A stretch of DNA of 57,362 bases from Gracilinanus agilis (lineage: Eukaryota). The stretch spans positions 687,753,965-687,811,326 of the forward strand of contig NC_058130.1 in the NCBI RefSeq assembly GCF_016433145.1. The letters run 5' to 3'. The notes below the pieces were generated by a model that worked only from the letters and a program-made list of their open reading frames with translations, was not told where the DNA came from and did no database searches. The position numbers and the translations under genes are program-made. Position 1 is the stretch's first letter. The number at the start of each line of letters is the position of its first letter. Below, piece by piece: positions 1-12,066 of the stretch.

Positions 1-38
1 CTCCCTCCCTCCCTTCCTACCTTCCTCTCTAGCTCTCT

Positions 39-90
39 CACACACAGACACAGACCTGTGCATATGCACACACACACACATACACACACA
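39..90. repeat. Imperfect (CA)n microsatellite after a CT-rich tract
   Basis: Visible CA dinucleotide runs. Confidence 0.85.
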
Positions 91-789
91 GCATATCATG
101 CTGAAAAGATTTTGAAAACATACAAAATCCTCCTTGTTATCAGCATCCAGGGAATGTACTGACACTATTAATGGCCAATAAATTTATGTGGCATAAATAA
201 AAATCATAGGAAGCTGCCTTTTCCTGCTTCCTTCTGCACAAAACTGTTTTCTTTCAATTCATCTGGTCCTCAATGTGTAAGACTTTAATGACAGAGCTGG
301 GTACAGAATTTTCGTCCCCCGGCTCCTAGTCTAGGACTCTTTCCTCTCCACAAGGTTGCCTCCATGCATATATAAAATAAATCTGTCTGGAGTTATCAGG
401 AGGTTCCTGAAGCAAGCTACCCATTCCAGAGTATTTGCATATCCAAGTACACCTCTGACCTGAGGTCAGAATGTCTGAGAGTTCTGATGCCTCTGAAGAA
501 TTGCTTTTGAGAACAAAGTCAGGCAAAAGGACAAGTGTCTAAAAGATGAAATCTCAGCTCCTTTTTCAACAGAAAATGCTTTTAATTGGCTTTTTTTTCC
601 CTGAGAGTGCTGCCTTAGTAGTATATCCAGGAATCTTCTTGCATAGCACCCTAGGGTGAAGGGCACTTCACAAGTCTAAGGGCTAATTATCCTCTGGAGA
701 GAAGAGAATGATCTGGGACAACAGCAGATTCTATAATCTAGGTCAACTGTCCAGTTTCATCTTTTGTCCTTTCATTTTCCTCAGACTCA

Positions 790-950
790 TTATCAGAGAG
801 AGATGAGCTGAGCTGAGATTTAACTGTCCCATCTCTGCCAAAACTCTGTTCTAACTTTGACCAAATCATTTCCTTTGTCAGGGCCTCAGTTTCCTCACTG
901 ATAAAATTAAGGATTTAGTCTGGGTCAAGTCTAGTCTAAAGTTCTTTCAA
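790..950 (+). mobile_element. MIR/MIR3 CORE-SINE, degraded
   Basis: CORE motif gggcctcagtttcctcactgataaaat followed by a MIR3-like tail (ctaaagttctttcaact). Confidence 0.65.
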
Positions 951-1279
951 CTTTTCTTTAAAATAATTTTTACAAATTCATTTAATTATCATCATTTCTA
1001 AATAATACTCCATATAGCCATATACCTCCCCCTCTACATACATCCCCTTTCAATAATGAAATTTAACCCTCTTGTAACAAAGAAATCCGCTTTTTTTCTG
1101 ATTCTTTGACCTGATTGTTCTATTGTCATTTTTCTAATTAATAATCTTTTAGAAAATCACAAGAAAATGACTATCATTCTACAAACTCTCCAACATTGAC
1201 TGTCACTATTTTTTGTCATTTTTTTCCAATTTACAAGGTCATAGTAAGTGTTTGATAGATTGTTGATTGATTGATTGAT

Positions 1280-1495
1280 ATAATCACAGACTTTTAGGAC
1301 TGGAAGGAATTCATACCTACAATATTAGCAGTATAAGGGATTAGAGATCACAGAGTATTAGTCTGGAAGAGATTGTACAGGTTATATTCTTCATTTGAGT
1401 GATAAGGAGACATACAAATTTTAAAAACTAGCAAGCAATTGGAGCTAGGGCTTAAACCTATGTCTTTGACTCATTTGGACCTTGCTCATTGGCTA
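1280..1495 (-). mobile_element. MIR3-like SINE remnants
   Basis: Antisense MIR3 tail (cacagacttttaggactggaagg; ttagagatcacagagtattagtctggaagag) and an antisense head fragment. Confidence 0.55.
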
Positions 1496-2126
1496 CTTGT
1501 TTGTGCCTGTCTGAGTCATATGAACCGATGGACTAGAGTATGGCCATGTCACACAATGGTCTGAATATTAAAGATTCTTCATATCTACTGATTTGTTTTT
1601 GTGGTTGGATGGTTGAGCCAGACTCCTGGGGATTTTGGTGTTCATCTAGAAAACTTGGCAGTTTTCCTTCCAGAGTTTTATGCACTATCAGCCTCCAATA
1701 GGAGCAATTATAACACCTTATTATCTTTAGGCAACCTTTTTTTCTATTTGGATTCTAAGCTTGACATCTTCCATGACAGAAACAAATCCTTTTGGACAGA
1801 TACAATCTATGCCTGTTTTATGCTTCCTTTGATATTCATTACCAGAGGGTCTCTGAAGAATTTTATCTACTATAATATCTTTCAAGGAATCTCATGTAAT
1901 TTTGAGTCATGAATGGAAGACACCTTTGTTGGCAAAAAAAAAAAAATCAGTGGTATTTTGTTCAACCTAATACAACTTTTTTTGGGGGCCAACAAATGAC
2001 AAGGACAATGGGATCTTCTCTTCACCTTTCAGTCTTCCATATAAATGCAGAAGTGTGGTCTATTCTAGAATATAATTTGCAGAAGTTCATCTCTCCCCTT
2101 TTTTACCCTCATTAAAGATACCATAT

Positions 2127-2176
2127 AAGTTTATATATTATTATATATTTATATATATTATTTATATATATTATTA
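2127..2176. repeat. AT-rich low-complexity repeat
   Basis: tatatattattatatattt units. Confidence 0.8.
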
Positions 2177-2559
2177 ACATAGTTATGTTAAGACGGGAAA
2201 GTAGTCATATAGCTTAGAAGTTATTGATACTCTCAATATATTTTTAAACGTCTGGGATTTTTTTCACAACATCAGCAAATCCACTTCTTATGCACATAAC
2301 TTGAGATTATTTGAATATGATTCCACCTCCAGAATGGACTTCCTTTGGTATACTTGGTCTAGTCAAAATACATTTTCTCTCTTTGTTTCTTCAGTGACAT
2401 CTCCTACTTTTAGATATATGTTATATCTAAGTCTGTGAAGTTAACACCAAAATGTAATATCTCAGCAACCAACCATGCTCCATATTCTTTAAGTTGATAA
2501 TCCTTCCAGTTTCATAGTTAAAGAGTACCTTTGGGATGAATTTTCTTGGTTAGGTCTTT

Positions 2560-3320
2560 CACCACATTGTCTTTAAAGCAGCCATTCAACCATTTCTAAA
2601 TCCATATAAGTCGAGTGTCCTCATTTAGACCAAATCTCTGTTGTCTTTTCCACAAAAATAGCAAGGCCAGACCATTTTGCATTATTAAAATCTAGGTAAG
2701 CTACACCTCTAACATTCCACTGATCTTCCAGTTTAATGTGATAGTCTTTCTGACAGTACTGGACCTGGCTGCCTTGAGGACAGACATAAGTTGTTACTGT
2801 GTTGTAAGGAGAAAATTCTACTCTCTAGTTAACTTCTTCTCTTCTTCAGATGAAAAGAAATGCAACTCCCAAGGTCTTTTAACTTCCTTCACTTCTGCCC
2901 TCCTAAGTATGGAAGGCTAAGACTTGTTTGAAGGACTATTAAATTGGTAAACCTGTGGGAGGGAGGGGAAGATTAGTCTAACACTAAGTTCCTTAAAATG
3001 CAAAATGGGTTGTGATTACAACTTCCTTTTCTGGATGCTTACTTGCTATCTTTTTGTTAACAAGTTCTAGAATTTTTCTAGGAATCTAAATCAAGCTCCC
3101 AGGTCAACAATTTACCAACTTCACTCTTTCTGCTTCATTGAAAATTAGAGCATCTTCCCTTCTCCAGTTCTGATGTAACTCTCACACTGTTCCTTCAAAG
3201 ATACCTGCCAACGGCTCAGCAATGATATGCTCCAGGCTTTTCAGTATTTGAAGATACAATTTATCTGAGCCAAGTGACCAATTATTTGTGGAAACTTAGT
3301 ACTCTCTTACTTTCTTCTTA
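2560..3320 (-). mobile_element. CR1/L3 LINE reverse-transcriptase fragments
   Basis: Minus-strand translation VAYLDFNNAK (YLDF at 2687-2698) resembles the CR1 RT motif YLDFSKAFD. 3050-3320 resembles antisense L3 ORF2 (ggctcagcaatgatatgctccagg...gtactctcttact). Confidence 0.75.
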
Positions 3321-3344
3321 CTAAGTGCATCAACTTAAAGGCAA

Positions 3345-3537
3345 CAGGTTATAGTAGATAACAAACCAAATAGGGAGATCATCTGAATTCAAATCCTGCC
3401 TCAAATACTTACTCAATGTGTGTGACCATGGGCAACTCATTCAACCTCTCTTATCCTCAGTTTCTTATATGTAGAATGAAGAGATAGAGCTTGATAATCT
3501 CCAAGATCCCTTTCATTTGTAAACCTATCATTCTATT
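3345..3537 (+). mobile_element. MIR3-like SINE
   Basis: B-box-like tgaattcaaatcc, CORE gtgaccatgggcaactcattcaacctctc, tail gataatctccaagatccctttc. Confidence 0.8.
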
Positions 3538-4349
3538 TACTTTCAATCAGAAAACTTTCCTTTCATTTTTAGACCAAAGATCAATCTCTTGCCAAAATAT
3601 AGAAGAAATATGCAGTCCTGCCTTTTATCAATCATGAGTTATCCTACCATCCACCTGAAGCAGTAAATTAATCCTGTAGTTTGCTCAAGTTCACATAATT
3701 TGATTTTGGACTAGAATCTCTATTTTCGAAGTCCCACTGTCTTCCCCACCATATCATAGTGCTCTCCTGCACCAAGAATTAGGTAAACACTTATTTTTTA
3801 GCCACTTTCGTTACTCCATGCCAAACTTCAGGTGCAAACATCCCAGTCCATGGTTAATGAGAAGAAAGACATTTTATGCTGGGTTACAAGGCACTACATG
3901 GCGAGTGGTATTCATTCCTTTAATTTAAATGCTCTTTGTGCTTAGGGGGGCTCCAAGAAGATGCTTATGTAGCGATGCTGTCCTTAAAGTTATAACAAGA
4001 AAATAAACCTCATGGGAGATGCTATGAAATAAATATTTTTGAGATAACACATTTCTTCACTTTGCATAAATTTAACACCATGCTCCCTGCACAATATGTG
4101 ATCTCTCTGCTAACTCCCCATAGACAGAAATAGCTCCAGTTAGATGTGAAAAAAGACAAGCAGCAGAAGGGAAGGGAAGACACGGCACACTTGAGAACAG
4201 GATCTTAATGTGGATTCTTCTGCTTCCTATCTTTGGAGGTGGGTGTTTTATTTATTTATTTATTTTGGGACCGTAGTCATTGAACCTTTTCTTGAAATTC
4301 TACAAACTAGGGCTCACATGGGCCTCAGAGATCACTGACCTACTGACAA

Positions 4350-4535
4350 AGGGATTACAGGGAGCTCAGGATTTGGAGTTAAAGGGTCTGAGTGCGAGTC
4401 TTGGCTTCAGAATTTATTACTTATGTCTAACCACGGAAATCTGCTTTTCAACTCTGGGTCTCAGTTACTGAGGCTATAAATTAAAGGGTTGAACTTCAAG
4501 CTCTTTAAGGTTCCTTCTAGCTCTGAATCTTATAA
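4350..4535 (+). mobile_element. MIR3-like SINE
   Basis: Head ggatttggagttaaagggtctgagtgcgagtc and tail ctctttaaggttccttctagctctgaatc. Confidence 0.7.
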
Positions 4536-5429
4536 CATGAAATCTTGATTAAAATGCTACCTCTTCTGTGAAGGCTTCCCTGATGATTGTAGTATTCTTA
4601 AGATTATATCACTTTCTAGTTCTTATGCATCCTACCTTATTGTATTAGCTGATATTGGTGAAAAACATGTTTGGAAGTCAGGAGACTTGGATTCCAGTCT
4701 TAACTCCAACACTTATTTACTCCTTTACTCTATTGTTGCTTTCACCTCTGTTAAGTCTTTTTTCTTGCTTTTCACTCAAGTTGTATTTGTTGTTGTTCCA
4801 TCCACTCAGTCATGTCCCCCTCTCCATGACCCTCTTGTAGGGTTTTCGTTGGAGACAGTATAATTTTGTGAGCTTCAAAAGGTCAAAAATTATGAACCAC
4901 CTTCTGAAGTCTGGAGCCAGTGTTTCCAGACCATTTTTTACAGAAAGTCAACTGAACAGTCAGGTGCTGAGCAGGACCCATGGCCTGAAGGCTGAGACGA
5001 GAATTCCTCCAGGAGTTGGGCTTCCTTGAGAAATTAATTAAATGGGATCAATGTAGAAAGATTTCACTCTTGTCACTATGTAGTGGTTTAGGGAAGAGTG
5101 TGCCCTCTAGTTTTTAAGGGTTAATATTCATTATATATTCACTTATATTTTTGCTATATATCTTTAGGAAATAACCTTTTGTTCAAAGCCTAAATGAAAC
5201 TCGAGCATCAATCACTGGCAATTAACAGAAAGTTTGAACGGAGTATTAAAGAAAATATCCCTACTGCCCCCCAGAGGTACCCTAGAAACTTGAGAGGAGA
5301 GGTAGCTCAACTTGCTCTGGAAAACATACTTTTTTAACATATATTTGTATATATCCTTTTTTTTTCTTTTCTTTGTATGTGACCTCCCCCTAGTAGAATA
5401 TAAGCTCCTTGAAGGCAGTACTTTGTTGT

Positions 5430-5720
5430 GTACTTTATTGATTGGTTAGTTGATTGGTCAAAAGTCAGTGGGTTGTAGAGCAATCAGAGTTAGTACTACA
5501 GAGAGAGGTGTTTTAGGCAAGATGGTCTGGTTCCCAAGAAGCCAAAAAGCAGCATAAGTGTTAGTAAACACAATTAATGGAGTTACATTAAGCTAAGGAT
5601 AGACATAACCCCGATAGCAATGAAGGGACAGCTATTGCCAGTTTATAAATAGAACCACAAAGCAGTCAAGGATAGACATAACCCCTCATCAATAGGACAG
5701 CTGCCTTTGTTAGAGCAGAG
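5430..5720 (-). mobile_element. LTR-like fragment with an internal direct repeat
   Basis: ctttattg (antisense AATAAAG) near 5433, plus a duplicated 18-mer aaggatagacataacccc at 5595-5612 and 5668-5685. Confidence 0.35.
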
Positions 5721-5729
5721 AAGCACATT

Positions 5730-6345
5730 TCATCAGAGCTAAGTGTGATAGCATCTGAGAAATGAAATGGACCTTGGAAGTCATCTAATCCAACCTTTAC
5801 CTAAATATAACGATCTTACATATATAAATTTCTACAATTGGCCATCCAGTGATAGAATGAAGAGTCAGAAACCCTGAATATGAGTCCCATTTCTTATCAC
5901 ACAATAACTTCCTGATTTTAGGGAAAACATTTGACCTTTTTGAGCCTTTATTTCCTCTTATGTGAAATGGTAATACTATCTGTTCTGCCTACCTCATAAA
6001 GATGCTATGCCTAACAAATAATATAATACATAGAAGTACTTAGTAAATTCCAAATCACTATTCAAAGAGAGAGATAATTATTGCCTATCTGCGTGCAAGT
6101 AACAATGAACCTTAGAGAGGAATAAAAAAAGGATGCAACCAATTGAGGCAATGTTGTACAGTGGAGAAGAGATCAGCTTTGGAGGCAGAAGATGTGGGTT
6201 CAAATCATGCTCATGTCTTTTGCTATTTGTTTAACCTTGGAAGTGATTTGCTCTGGGTTAATATAGTTAGTATGTATCTGAAATGAGATTTGAACTTAGG
6301 TCTTCCTGACTCCAGTGCCCCATTCATTGCATCATCTAGCTGTCT
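5730..6345. mobile_element. Cluster of MIR/MIR3-type SINEs in both orientations
   Basis: ggaccttggaagtcatctaatcc (antisense tail), ctttttgagcctttatttcctcttatgtgaaatgg (CORE), gggttcaaatc, gatttgaacttaggtcttcctgactcc. Confidence 0.7.
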
Positions 6346-6768
6346 AGGAAATTCAAGACTTTCAAAGGAGAAAGAGTGGCTCCTTTCTTAGAAGTGAAAG
6401 CTTCATGGAGTAAGAGGACCTTGAATTCAGGCGCAAGTTACATTAGCTGGCCTCTGAGATCTCATCTAACTTGGAAGTTCTGTGATTCTGGGAGTCTGAG
6501 TTGATTCTTGAAAGAGGATAGAATTCAATACAAGAAATAAAGAAGCACAAAAGAATGTTGGTTGGTCTGTCTCAATGAAATGTACAACTAATTCCAAATA
6601 ATAGTGTGAATAATAGACATTTCATTTATTTGGTTTTTCATGTAAAGATTTTTAGACTGATATCTTTGAAGTAATCATGATTCTCAGTAAGGAAGCATTA
6701 TAATGTTCTGTATGTGGATTCAATTAATACAATGTTATCCTCAAACAGAAGAATCTAGACAAACTTAC

Positions 6769-6816
6769 CAACTATGGAAAATTCATCTTTTATTTGGATT
6801 TTAATTAGGGAATTTT
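6769..6816 (-). other. Candidate 48-nt internal exon, phase 1-1, (E)NSLIKIQIKDEFSIV(G)
   Basis: Minus-strand acceptor ttgtttgtcactgtcacAG and donor TTG|GTAAGT, with one open frame. No homology recognised. Confidence 0.2.
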
Positions 6817-7089
6817 CTGTGACAGTGACAAACAACTTCAGGAAAAATGTGTCTCCACATTATGCATTGGTTGGGGTTAATGATGAAAAGATCGATAGAG
6901 TTATTTCAGAGGCTTTTTATTATAAAATTGAGTGTTATAACATAGGCATAAGAGGGTCCTTTTTGGAGAAAAATACATTAAAGACATGTTTTGATATATA
7001 GTCAAGTGTTTTTGTTTTCAATTTTAGTAATCAACAAATGATAAGCACAATGATCTTGTATTTTCTGTATTTTTTTGTTGTGATACGTT

Positions 7090-7341
7090 ATAATTACTAG
7101 CATTTATACAGTGCTTTAAAGTTTCCAAAGCACTTCACATATATTATCTCACATTATCCTCACCATAATCCTGAGAGTTACGCATGATTATCATCACCAT
7201 TTTGCAGATGAAGAAACTGAGATAGATAAAGGTTAAGTGATATCTAACATCACAAAGCTAGTACATTTCTGAAGTAAGATTTGAATCTTAGGCTTCCTGA
7301 CTTCAAGTCTAGCACTATTTTTATTATGATGCTTAGCTGCT
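7090..7341 (-). mobile_element. Near full-length MIR SINE
   Basis: ctagcatttatacagtgctttaaagtttccaaagcacttcac...attttgcagatgaagaaactgag...gatttgaatcttaggcttcctgacttcaag. Confidence 0.9.
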
Positions 7342-7544
7342 CTATTGTAGAAAAAAAATCTGCAAAAACTGACCTCCAAATTACCTTTATACATTTTCAT
7401 AAAGTCAGTCAGTCTGTCAATACACATTGTCTAGTACTTATGAAGTGGAGTTTATGGTGTATTCAGGGAAGACTAGAATCTCTAGTGTCAGGACTTGCTG
7501 AGCCTTTTATCAGGTTTTTTTTTTTAATCTACCTTTGCTGTCTA

Positions 7545-8473
7545 CCTTTTATCCAACTCCCACTTGTGGCTCCAAGAAGCTGTAACATTCATAGTAGTCA
7601 TACCTCAGTAAAAAGCTTCTCAGCAAAGGAACAATGAACCGGAGGATTTCTATGTGAACTGGAAAGACCTTCAGGAATGGATGCAGAGTGAAAGGAGCAG
7701 AACCAGGAGAACATTTTACACAGAGATTGATACACTATGGCACAATAGAATGTAATAGACTTTCCTGCTAGCAGCAATACAATGATCCAGGAAATCCTGA
7801 GGAACTTATGAGAAAGAACACTATCCACACCCAGAGAAAGAACTGTGGGAGCAGAAATGCAGAAGCAAACATATTATTGATCACATGGTTCTATGTGATT
7901 AGGGTTTTGTTGTTAAAAGATCATTCTACTGCAAATATGAATAACATGGAAATAGGTTTTGAACAATTATACATGTATAATCCAGTGGAACAGCTTGTCA
8001 GTTCCAGGAGAGGGGAAAATCATGAATCATGTAACCATGGGAAAATATTCTAAATGAAAAAAAAACTTAATTAATTAATTAATTAAGCATCTCAACAGAG
8101 TAGCTAAACCACGTTGAAGGCAATCAATCAATAGGTGAATTAGGTAGATGTCTACCCCAAGCATGTGAAGACCTCCCCTGGTAGAAAGGATGGATGAAAA
8201 TAATTTGTTCTAATGACTATGAAGAAGGCTAAAGCAGGTGCTGTGGAGCTCTTAGAGCTTAGTCAGACACTGAGGGCACCAAGGTCATCCACTGCATCCT
8301 GGACCCCACCAATCTTTCCAACTTTTGCCTTGCCTCTAGACTTTGATGACTCTGGAAGAGAGTGTGAGGCTGATGACTTTGTGCAACTTGGTCTCACTCA
8401 AATCCAATTTATTCTCAAGTGAAGAGATCATTCACTTGATGTCATTGATCCTCTTTGAAAATAAAGAACTAAC
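7545..8473 (+). mobile_element. RTE-derived SINE (RTESINE-type) interrupted by an L1 3' end
   Basis: gtggctccaagaagctgtaac on the left. On the right, taggtagatgtctaccccaagcatgtgaagac...ccaaggtcatccactgcatcc...gatgtcattgatcctctttgaaaataaag. Confidence 0.8.
7628..8085 (+). mobile_element. 5'-truncated marsupial L1 3' end
   Basis: ttctatgtgaactggaaagacc...gagtgaaaggagcagaaccaggagaaca...catgtaaccatgggaaaatattctaaat, then an A/TTAA tail. Possible degenerate TSD aagcttctcagca / aagcatctcaaca. Confidence 0.9.
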
Positions 8474-8477
8474 AAGA

Positions 8478-9270
8478 GTTTTGTACTAGGCATTGTGCTA
8501 AGCTCTGGGAATACAAAAAAAAGCTAAAGACAATCCTTGACTATAAGGAGTTCACACTCTAATGTGGGAACAGCAGGAAAATAATTATGTACAAATAAGC
8601 TATATATGTGTGATAAATTGGAAATAATCAGCAGAGGAAAGACACTACCACTAAGGTGCAATGGGGACGGTTTCTTATAGAAAATGGTTTTTTAGCCAGG
8701 ACGTGAAGCAATCTAGGGAATCCAAGAGCCAGAAGAAAGGAGGGAGAAAATTCCAGGTAGGATTGAAAAGCCAGAGAAAATGCCCAGAGCCAAGAAATGT
8801 AATATTTTATTTAAACGGCCAAGAGGCTAGTGCCACTGGATTGAACAGTACATGTGAGTGGGGAATACAAGGTATAAGAAGACTGGAAATATTTTGAAGG
8901 ACTTTGAATGCCAAACAGAGAATTTTATATTTGATCCAGGAGTAATAGGGAGCCACTGGAGTTTTTTGAATGGTCTATGAAGTGGTCAGATATGCACTTC
9001 AAAAAGATCAATTTGGTGGCTGAATGGAGGACAGATAAGAGTGGAGAGAGACTTGTGGCAGGCTAACCAATCATCAGGCTACTTGTAATCATCCAGGCAT
9101 GATGTGATAAGGGTCTGCAATAGCTGGTGGCAGTGTCAGAAGAAAGAAAGGGGTAGGTAGGAGAGGTGATATAAAATTAAAATCAATCGAACTTGGCCAG
9201 ATCATGCTCATAACAATTTTATAAAGATGAGAATGTAGGCATATGGATCTATAGTTACAAATAATTTTTG
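8478..9270 (-). mobile_element. L2 LINE 3' region
   Basis: ctaggcattgtgctaagctctgggaatac...gaaggactttgaatgccaaacagag...gtaataggagccactggag-like segment, typical antisense therian L2. Confidence 0.85.
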
Positions 9271-9441
9271 ACCACATTTTGGGAGATATTTATGGGTGTG
9301 TGATTTCTTCCCCCATTCTTTGGTTATCTTCTCCCTGAGCTGTCCCAAGAAATGATGCCTCAATGAATTTAATATCGTGTTACTTCTGGAACATCATGAT
9401 ATATTTTGTCTGATCCAGATGCTTTTCCCACCTCTATTCTT

Positions 9442-9654
9442 TATTTTTTTTTATTTTAATTTTTTTCAAACTTTACCTTTCATCTTAGAATCAATATGGT
9501 GTTTTGATTCCAAGACAAAAAAGCAGCAAAGGCTAGGCAATGGGGTTTAAGTGATTTGTGGAGGATAATTCAGTCAAGAGATATCTGAAGTCAAATTTGT
9601 GCCCCTAGTCTCTCTAGGTCTGATTCTCAGTACATCCAGTCACCTAGCTGCTCC
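9442..9654 (-). mobile_element. SINE1_Mdo-type opossum SINE
   Basis: T-rich tail, ttacctttcatcttagaatcaata...ggctaggcaatggggtttaagtga...cacctagctgc. Confidence 0.85.
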
Positions 9655-9849
9655 TACCTTCATTCTTTAAAGTGCCATTTGTAATTTTTTTCAAACCATG
9701 AGGAACTGAGATTTCAGAATCCAAATGTGGACATTTCATTTTTGCTGATAATGATAATCATTATAGCAATATGAAAACATCTTTACTACTTATATCTATT
9801 TGTTGCCTTCCTGCCATATTTATTTACAAATGTTCTTAGTAAGATAGAG

Positions 9850-10720
9850 CTTGATTAGTTCCCATGCCAAGTTTTGTTTAGACTTATCTGGTGCTTCTCC
9901 TGTTGTATAACAAAGGTTTACTCAACACTCATCTCCTGTACTCATATCAATTGTGCAGAATCTTCTTTTACCATGCTCTCTGGCAACATTTTACAAATGA
10001 TTTAGTTTTCTAAACCATCATTCTCATCTCGCCCCACTTGATAAGGAAGTCCAGTGTTTTTGGCTAAGAAAATCTGGGCTCCTTTGGCTCACAGTGGTCT
10101 TTACATTTCATTTGTCAAATTTGGCACTGAGTGAAGACAGTCATGGTCAACATCTTTGTTTGTTTTTTTTATTTTTTTACATTTCCCATCTTATGGCATG
10201 GAAGACTCATTTGAATAACATGGGTTGAAATGGTTGCAGTTGTATATTTTGCCTCTTTATATCATGATTCTTTTCTGATTGATATTGATTTGACATTTGC
10301 TCTAACTTGTTGATAGTCTTCTTGAACACAGATGACTAATTCTGAAATTATTGCATATTAGGAGACAATCATTTCCTGAGTATATATGGCCAGTTTTATA
10401 TTTTGGGGTGTTGTTCATTGATCACATGTCCAATAATATTCAACTCTTTTTCTTGAATAAAGTATTTTTGAAGATCCTAAAGTGTCTATAGATCTCTGGT
10501 GTCTTTCTTACCTCTAAAGCCATATTTTCCAATATATCTGTCACCATCCTAAACTGTACAAAGAAACCATCAAGTATCAAAGGAACTATTGACTTGGTCC
10601 AGAGTGTTTGGTGAGGTTGCTAATAGAATTTCTCCATGTTTTTATTTTCTATAAGCAATAACATAATCTGTGCTTATCTCTAAGAAAATCTTTGTGTTTC
10701 TATTCATTATGAACATGGCA
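9850..10720 (-). mobile_element. RTE-clade LINE fragment (APE endonuclease and linker)
   Basis: Minus-strand GKYGLEVR (10519-10530 encodes GKYG), followed by atactttattcaagaaaaagag and tattggacatgtgatca. These match the RTE EN pattern GKYG...NTFFKK...WTW.S with frameshifts. Confidence 0.7.
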
Positions 10721-11348
10721 ATAATAATAATACAAAATAATATGACCCAGTGAAATGGTGTTTTATTGCTTTTTGTTACAGAATGAAACCAGCTTCACTG
10801 ACCCTTTGTCTTTCTTTCTTTTTTGGTCTCTACAAGGAGAATAAGTTTATTATTTAGCTATAATCTTCTTCTTTCTTCTGATTTCCTTTATCAATCAATT
10901 TTTCTACAGTTCACTTCCTTTGAAAGTATATTATTGAACAAAAATCTCATTTTGAGAATACCATTCATTAGTCTCATTGTCAAACAATGTCAAAAATCAA
11001 TGTGACTCATTATATACCCTGTCTCCTAGCCCACTACTTTGCCATAGGGCAGGGTCAGTTTTCAGTTTTCTCTTTGTGTCCTGGTAACCAAGGACAGTAC
11101 CTTACATATAATATACCTTTAATAAAATGTGTTGGCTTTAAATGAATTGAATTGTAAAGGAGACATGGAGGATTAAGGGCCATTTACTTTTTTCCCTTTG
11201 TTTTGTGTTTTGCCATGGCCATTTGTCATCTTCCTGACAAGCTTCCTGATGATGAGTCATGATTCATTAAGTTAGTTTGGTCCTCAGAAATCATTTAGTC
11301 GATGAGTAGGACTCTACTTATAATAATGAGAGGTAATCTACCATATTA

Positions 11349-11520
11349 GAGAGGTGTCAAACTCCATGTGGCCTAAAAAATGCTACAGTGCAATAGAATT
11401 GGATTAAAATGTATTCAGGAAATATTTAACGAGACAAATAAAAAAATCTAAATAAATAATATTAATTTATTATTTTTTAAATATGAAGACTACCGTTTCT
11501 CTTTGAGCTTAACATCACTT
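11349..11520. mobile_element. Old hAT-type MITE remnant
   Basis: Degenerate TIRs gagaggtgtcaaactc / gagcttaacatcactt around an AT-rich core (ggattaaaatgtattcaggaaatatttaac). Confidence 0.45.
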
Positions 11521-11524
11521 TGAG

Positions 11525-11770
11525 AATGGACAGAGTGCAAGACTTGGAGTCAAAATACCTGGTTTTAAGTCCTGATTCAGGAATTCCTAATTGCATAGCC
11601 ATGGGTAAGTCACTTAATTTCCCATAGATTTGGTTTCATCATTCATTTAAGAAAAAAAATCTGAAGAGTGTGGAGGGGAGCATAAATGCAGTATTTGTTT
11701 TTATAAGACTCATGTGAGACATTGTATAAAATTACCTGGCAATCCTTACAATGTTATATAAATATTATAG
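11525..11770 (+). mobile_element. MIR SINE
   Basis: gacttggagtcaaaatacctggttttaagtcctg...gccatgggtaagtcacttaatttccc. Confidence 0.75.
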
Positions 11771-12066
11771 TTTTGCTGTTACTAGCTTGCTATTCTGATC
11801 TCTCTTTTTCTGTACCATTAGATGGAGTCTGGGACAAATCACTACCCTACTATTATTCTTTTAACTTTAATCTTATATAGACATTTATTGCCCTGTTGGT
11901 TTTTGTAATTGAATGGAAATATTAGGACATAAATTCATCTTACTGAAAACATCCTTAGTACTCAGGAACCAAACAGAACACTAGGAATGCTATGTACTTT
12001 ATCCTGTCCCAATCTGATTAGAATCTCATTTGCTAGGTCTCTATATTTTTAAAGCTTCTCATTTCA

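Noticed and set aside
10783-10857. Signal-peptide-like MKPASLTLCLSFFFGL after an acceptor-like AG
   Set aside because: Stops after 24 codons, has no convincing donor, and its hydrophobicity comes from a T-rich tract.
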